64,000 nucleotides of DNA, taken from the NCBI GenBank assembly GCA_951406725.2, contig OX597831.1:32798001-32862000 (forward strand), given 5' to 3'. The notes beneath the pieces are model-generated. The model saw only the letters and a program-made list of their open reading frames with translations. It did no database searches and was not told where the DNA came from. The stretch comes from Octopus vulgaris (taxonomy: Eukaryota). The first letter of the stretch is position 1. Each line of letters begins with the position of its first letter. Of the stretch, positions 58,214 through 64,000 are shown piece by piece. The translations under genes were made by a program, and so were the position numbers.

Positions 58214-58820
58214 AAAATTCGTGGGCAAGGCTGGAGCAATGTGAAATATATCCAAGGTAAATAACAAGAAAACAGGCATATCAATTAATGGTGACTTACC
58301 CTGCATTTAATATTTCAGGGTTATGACCTCCTCGTAAGGAATTAGTGAATGTTGCAGATGTGCATGCGTGTAAGTATGTGGGGAGTAGACATTCACGGTT
58401 CCATCACGCGCATGTCTACTCCCCACAAATTGATACAAATACATCTACACCTATTTCTTTATTACCCACAAGGGGCTAAACACAGAGGGGACAAACAAGG
58501 ACAGACATAGGTATTAAGTCGATTACATCAACCTCAGTGCGTAACTGGTACTTAATTTATCGACTCCGAAAGGATGAAAGGCAAAGTCGACCTCGGTGGA
58601 ATTTGAACTCACAATGTAACGCAGACAAAATACCGCTAAGCATTTCGCCCGGCGTGCTAATGTTTCTGCCAGCTCGCCGCCTTAAATACATCTACACCGG
58701 CAACATTCGCTAATTCCTTAAGAGTGGGTCATAACCCTGAAATATTGAATGCTGGGTAAGTCACAATTAATTGGTATGCCGGTTTTCTTGTTATTTACCT
58801 TGGATTTATTTCGCATTGTT
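58214..58820. mobile_element. Fold-back/MITE-like element in (TA)n, interrupted by a SINE
   Basis: ~58216-58355 is inverted at ~58700-58819. Inner arms TGTGGGGAGTAGACAT / ATGTCTACTCCCCACA. Confidence 0.85.
58452..58683 (-). mobile_element. Monomeric SINE-A with a perfect 15-bp TSD
   Basis: AAATACATCTACACC at 58437-58451 and 58684-58698. Confidence 0.95.
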
Positions 58821-59256
58821 TCGGCCTTAGCCACGAATTATATATATATATATATATGTATAATATATATATATATATAAAGTGAGATAGGGGTTGTAAG
58901 AATATTGATATTGATAACATTATTGTTATTGATAGCGGTATTGGTATTAACATTGTTGACTTTTTGTAAAGTAACACAAATTAATATAATGCACTGTTTA
59001 CTATATATGTCTGCATTAAGTATGAATATATCTATGTACGTGGTAATTTCTTAATATTAGTTGAGGAACTGTAACATTCAAAATAGAACATCATTATGTT
59101 TATTGATTTATATTGATTTATATTATTAATATTATTATGTATGTGTATATGTGTATATATATAAGGATATGAGTATATATGCACTCATATTTATATGTAA
59201 ATGATTTTTGGATATGTACTCATACTTATATAGGTATATGTGTAACTTGTTTTATA

Positions 59257-59384
59257 CATTAGAATCTCCGAAGAGGCCGTAAGATATGTTTGTTAATGTC
59301 TCATTTATACCTGCAATATATGGCTAATATAGGTTAAATGAGACATACTTATCTGCATGGCCGAAACAGCTGTCAGTTATAATG
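59257..59384 (+). ncRNA. Hammerhead-like motif (U4C core) with long stem II
   Basis: CAUUAGAAUCU-CCGAAGA-GGCCGU..AUGUCUCAUUUA..UAAAUGAGACAU..AUGGCC-GAAA-CAGCUG-UC-AGUUAUAAUG. Confidence 0.68.
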
Positions 59385-59565
59385 TATATGTATTTTTATA
59401 TCTTTTTATATTTATTTAGTTATATCTCATCATAATGATTGTAATTATTGTACTGTATTAATGTCTAATCTTAATGCTCTTGTGTAGTGTTTTAATAAAG
59501 TATGTGATTCGGTATTATCTGATAGTTGATGAATGATTTAGATATATTTCTCCATTTTCTTATTT

Positions 59566-59657
<92 letters not shown>

Positions 59658-61056
59658 CACATATTTATACACACACACACTCCCTCACTCACTCACACAT
59701 ACATACGCGCACAGACACACACACATACATAACATACATACATATATGTATTTATAGATGTTTACATATTTTAGGAAAATTTGAGAGTGACTTCGAAGTT
59801 TAATCTTAGTCGCTATCTTCACACTATGGTCTACTTTAAATTTCCGTGCTTCACACATTATTTCTGAATGATTGTTCCATTTGTAGATGGATGAAAATTA
59901 GGTGTGGTACAGTTTGAGATAAGCTGTTTTGGAAGTGTGCATAGCGAAGAGCAGGACGAAAGTGTACATTCTTTTTTTTAGATGTAATTGGAGAGAAAGT
60001 TATCGTAGAGAGAGTTATTCTGCTTTGATATGGGAATTTCCTAAATGTCTGGCGCGTAAGTAAAGGAGATTACTTTTATGGGAATTCCTCTACTCGATGT
60101 GTTATTTTTAGGTGTTAATTTTCTAAGCTCTGTATATATGATGCTGCTATTTTAAGCTTCGAAAAGATATTCATCTTGTCATAAATTACTGCTGATATGG
60201 AAAGTTTTCTGTTAAAGAAATTTCAATCTGGATTATAACATTTTGTTACCATAAATAATTTATTGGAATTTTCTAAGGTATTTTTTTAATGTCTATTAAT
60301 TAATATATAACTATGGGAATGATGCACGTCAGTAACTGTATACCTATATAGTGATGGTAGTGGTGGTGGTGGTGGTGATGATAATGGTCATCGTCAAGAT
60401 AATGAAGATGATAATGATGACGATAGTGTTGATGATGATTTTGAGATGACGACGACGAGATGATGATGGTGGCATTGTTGATGATGTCGACGACACGATG
60501 AGGACGAGAATGATGATGGTGCCCTTGGTAGTGGTGATGATGATAATAATGGTGGTGAGGATAATGATGATGATGGCGGGGGTAGTGATGGTGATGGCGA
60601 TGATAATGATGACAATGACAATGATGATGATGACGATGATGATGATGATGAAGATGATGACAATGACGATGGTGATTACGATGATGATGATGATGATGAT
60701 AGTAGTGGGATGATAGTGACGATGGTGTTGGTGATGGGTTTGATGGTGATGATAACGGTGACGATAATGATGTGAACGCGGAGAGAAAATCTGTCGAGAT
60801 AGGATTTTTTTTAATTGTTGCAATGATTTGAACATCGAAGCAATCACTTATTAATTGGAACATATTGAACACTCGTATGCGCACTCACACACAAACATTT
60901 ACACACATTCACACACGCACATAATAATGACATTGTCCTGTTATTCCAGCATTTCCCACCAACTACCAACCCTGTGAGAAAATATCGAGCAAACCCTGAC
61001 AAAGAGGGCGGAGTTGTTATGCACCATATGGTGTTAAACAGACTGAGGTTGTTTTA

Positions 61057-61128
61057 GGTCGAGTGGAGTGTGTGGTCGAGAAGAGTGTGAGGTCGAGAAG
61101 AGTGTGAGGTCGAGTGGAGTGCGAGCGG
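61057..61128. repeat. 17-bp minisatellite x ~4
   Basis: AGGTCGAG(AA/TG)GAGTGTG repeated. Confidence 0.8.
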
Positions 61129-61154
61129 AGTGTATGTGTATAATATATATATAT

Positions 61155-61551
61155 TCTTTATTTTCTTTTATTTGTTTCAGTCATTTTGACTGCGGCCATG
61201 CTGGAGCACCGCCTTTAGTCGAGCAAATCGACCCCAGGACTTATTCTTTGTAAGCCTAGTATTTATTCTATCGGTCTCTTTTGACGAACCGCTAAGTTAC
61301 AAGGACGTAAACACACCAGCATCGGTTGTCAAGCGATGTTGGGGGACAAACACTGACACACAAACATACAACACACATACACACATATATATATATACAC
61401 GACAGGCTTCTTTCAGTTTCCGTCTACCAAATCCACTCAGAAGGCTTTGGTCGGCCCGAGACTTTAGTAGAAAACACTTGCCCAAGATGCCACGCTGCAG
61501 GACTGAACCCGGAACTATGTGGTTGGTAGGCAAGCTACTTACTACACAGCC
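61155..61551 (-). mobile_element. SINE-B, near full length
   Basis: Reverse complement of the 13810-type element. Confidence 0.87.
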
Positions 61552-61552
61552 A

Positions 61553-63460
<1,908 letters not shown>

Positions 63461-63637
63461 TAGGGAGAATTCAGAAAAAAAAAAACAAAAGATGAAAATA
63501 GGTGGTGTAGACAACAATCAGATGTATTAATTTAACGCTCGGGAAGTGAAAAAGTCTTTAACGTTTCGAGCCTACGCTCTTCCACAGAAAGGAACACAGA
63601 AAGAAACAAGGACAGAAAATAAGATGTGTTGTGGCTA
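63461..63637 (-). mobile_element. H2-related short repeat with a degenerate HHR (63556-63591)
   Basis: CUUU-CUGUGGA-A-GAGC-GUAG-GCUC-GAAAC-GUU-AAAG. Same architecture as H2 with different stem I and loop; A6U core change. Confidence 0.65.
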
Positions 63638-63669
63638 CATATACATATGTATGTATATATGTAGCTCAT

Positions 63670-63720
<51 letters not shown>

Positions 63721-63736
63721 TGTGTGTGTGTATCTG

Positions 63737-63801
<65 letters not shown>

Positions 63802-64000
63802 ATATCTATTTATTTATTTATCGATCGATTTGTCTGTCTGTCTGTCTGTCTCACAGATTTACGAAATAAAATAAGTTTTATCGTGAGAATATCAGAACTT
63901 TGGAATAAATATTCTCACAAGTTTCTAATCAACATACGACAACAACAATAATCACAGCCAATGTTATTGATACCATCACTCTACCTCCACAACAGCAGTT

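Noticed and set aside
59780-60340. Possible decayed PLE endonuclease remnant on the minus strand (Cys-containing stretch)
   Set aside because: Many stops and no clear GIY-YIG motif by eye; needs tblastn.

Overview
This is AT-rich eukaryotic DNA with very dense microsatellites. The SINE sequences and repeat density suggest a cephalopod, probably Octopus (inference from memory, no database search). I cannot confidently call any host protein-coding gene, and almost all ORF-track entries are translations of (TA)n, (CA)n, (AAT)n, (GAT)n or (CAC)n. Recognisable mobile DNA: many tRNA-derived SINEs of at least four families (some in self-nested chains), a full-length decayed mariner with TIRs and TA duplication (51051-52342), a 5'-truncated CR1/L2-group LINE with one premature stop (~61723-63460), and a non-autonomous Helitron (30358-31400). 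The most striking signal is a population of short non-coding elements, mostly abutting (TA)n or other microsatellites. They carry minimal type I hammerhead-ribozyme (HHR) motifs: about 19 motifs in about 11 unrelated sequence families, found by eye. Many have palindromic stem III and are arranged as fold-backs or tandem/inverted repeats. This matches Penelope-like (PLE) termini or retrozymes, including a 445-nt HHR-to-HHR unit at 47.5-47.9 kb that could yield a circular RNA.
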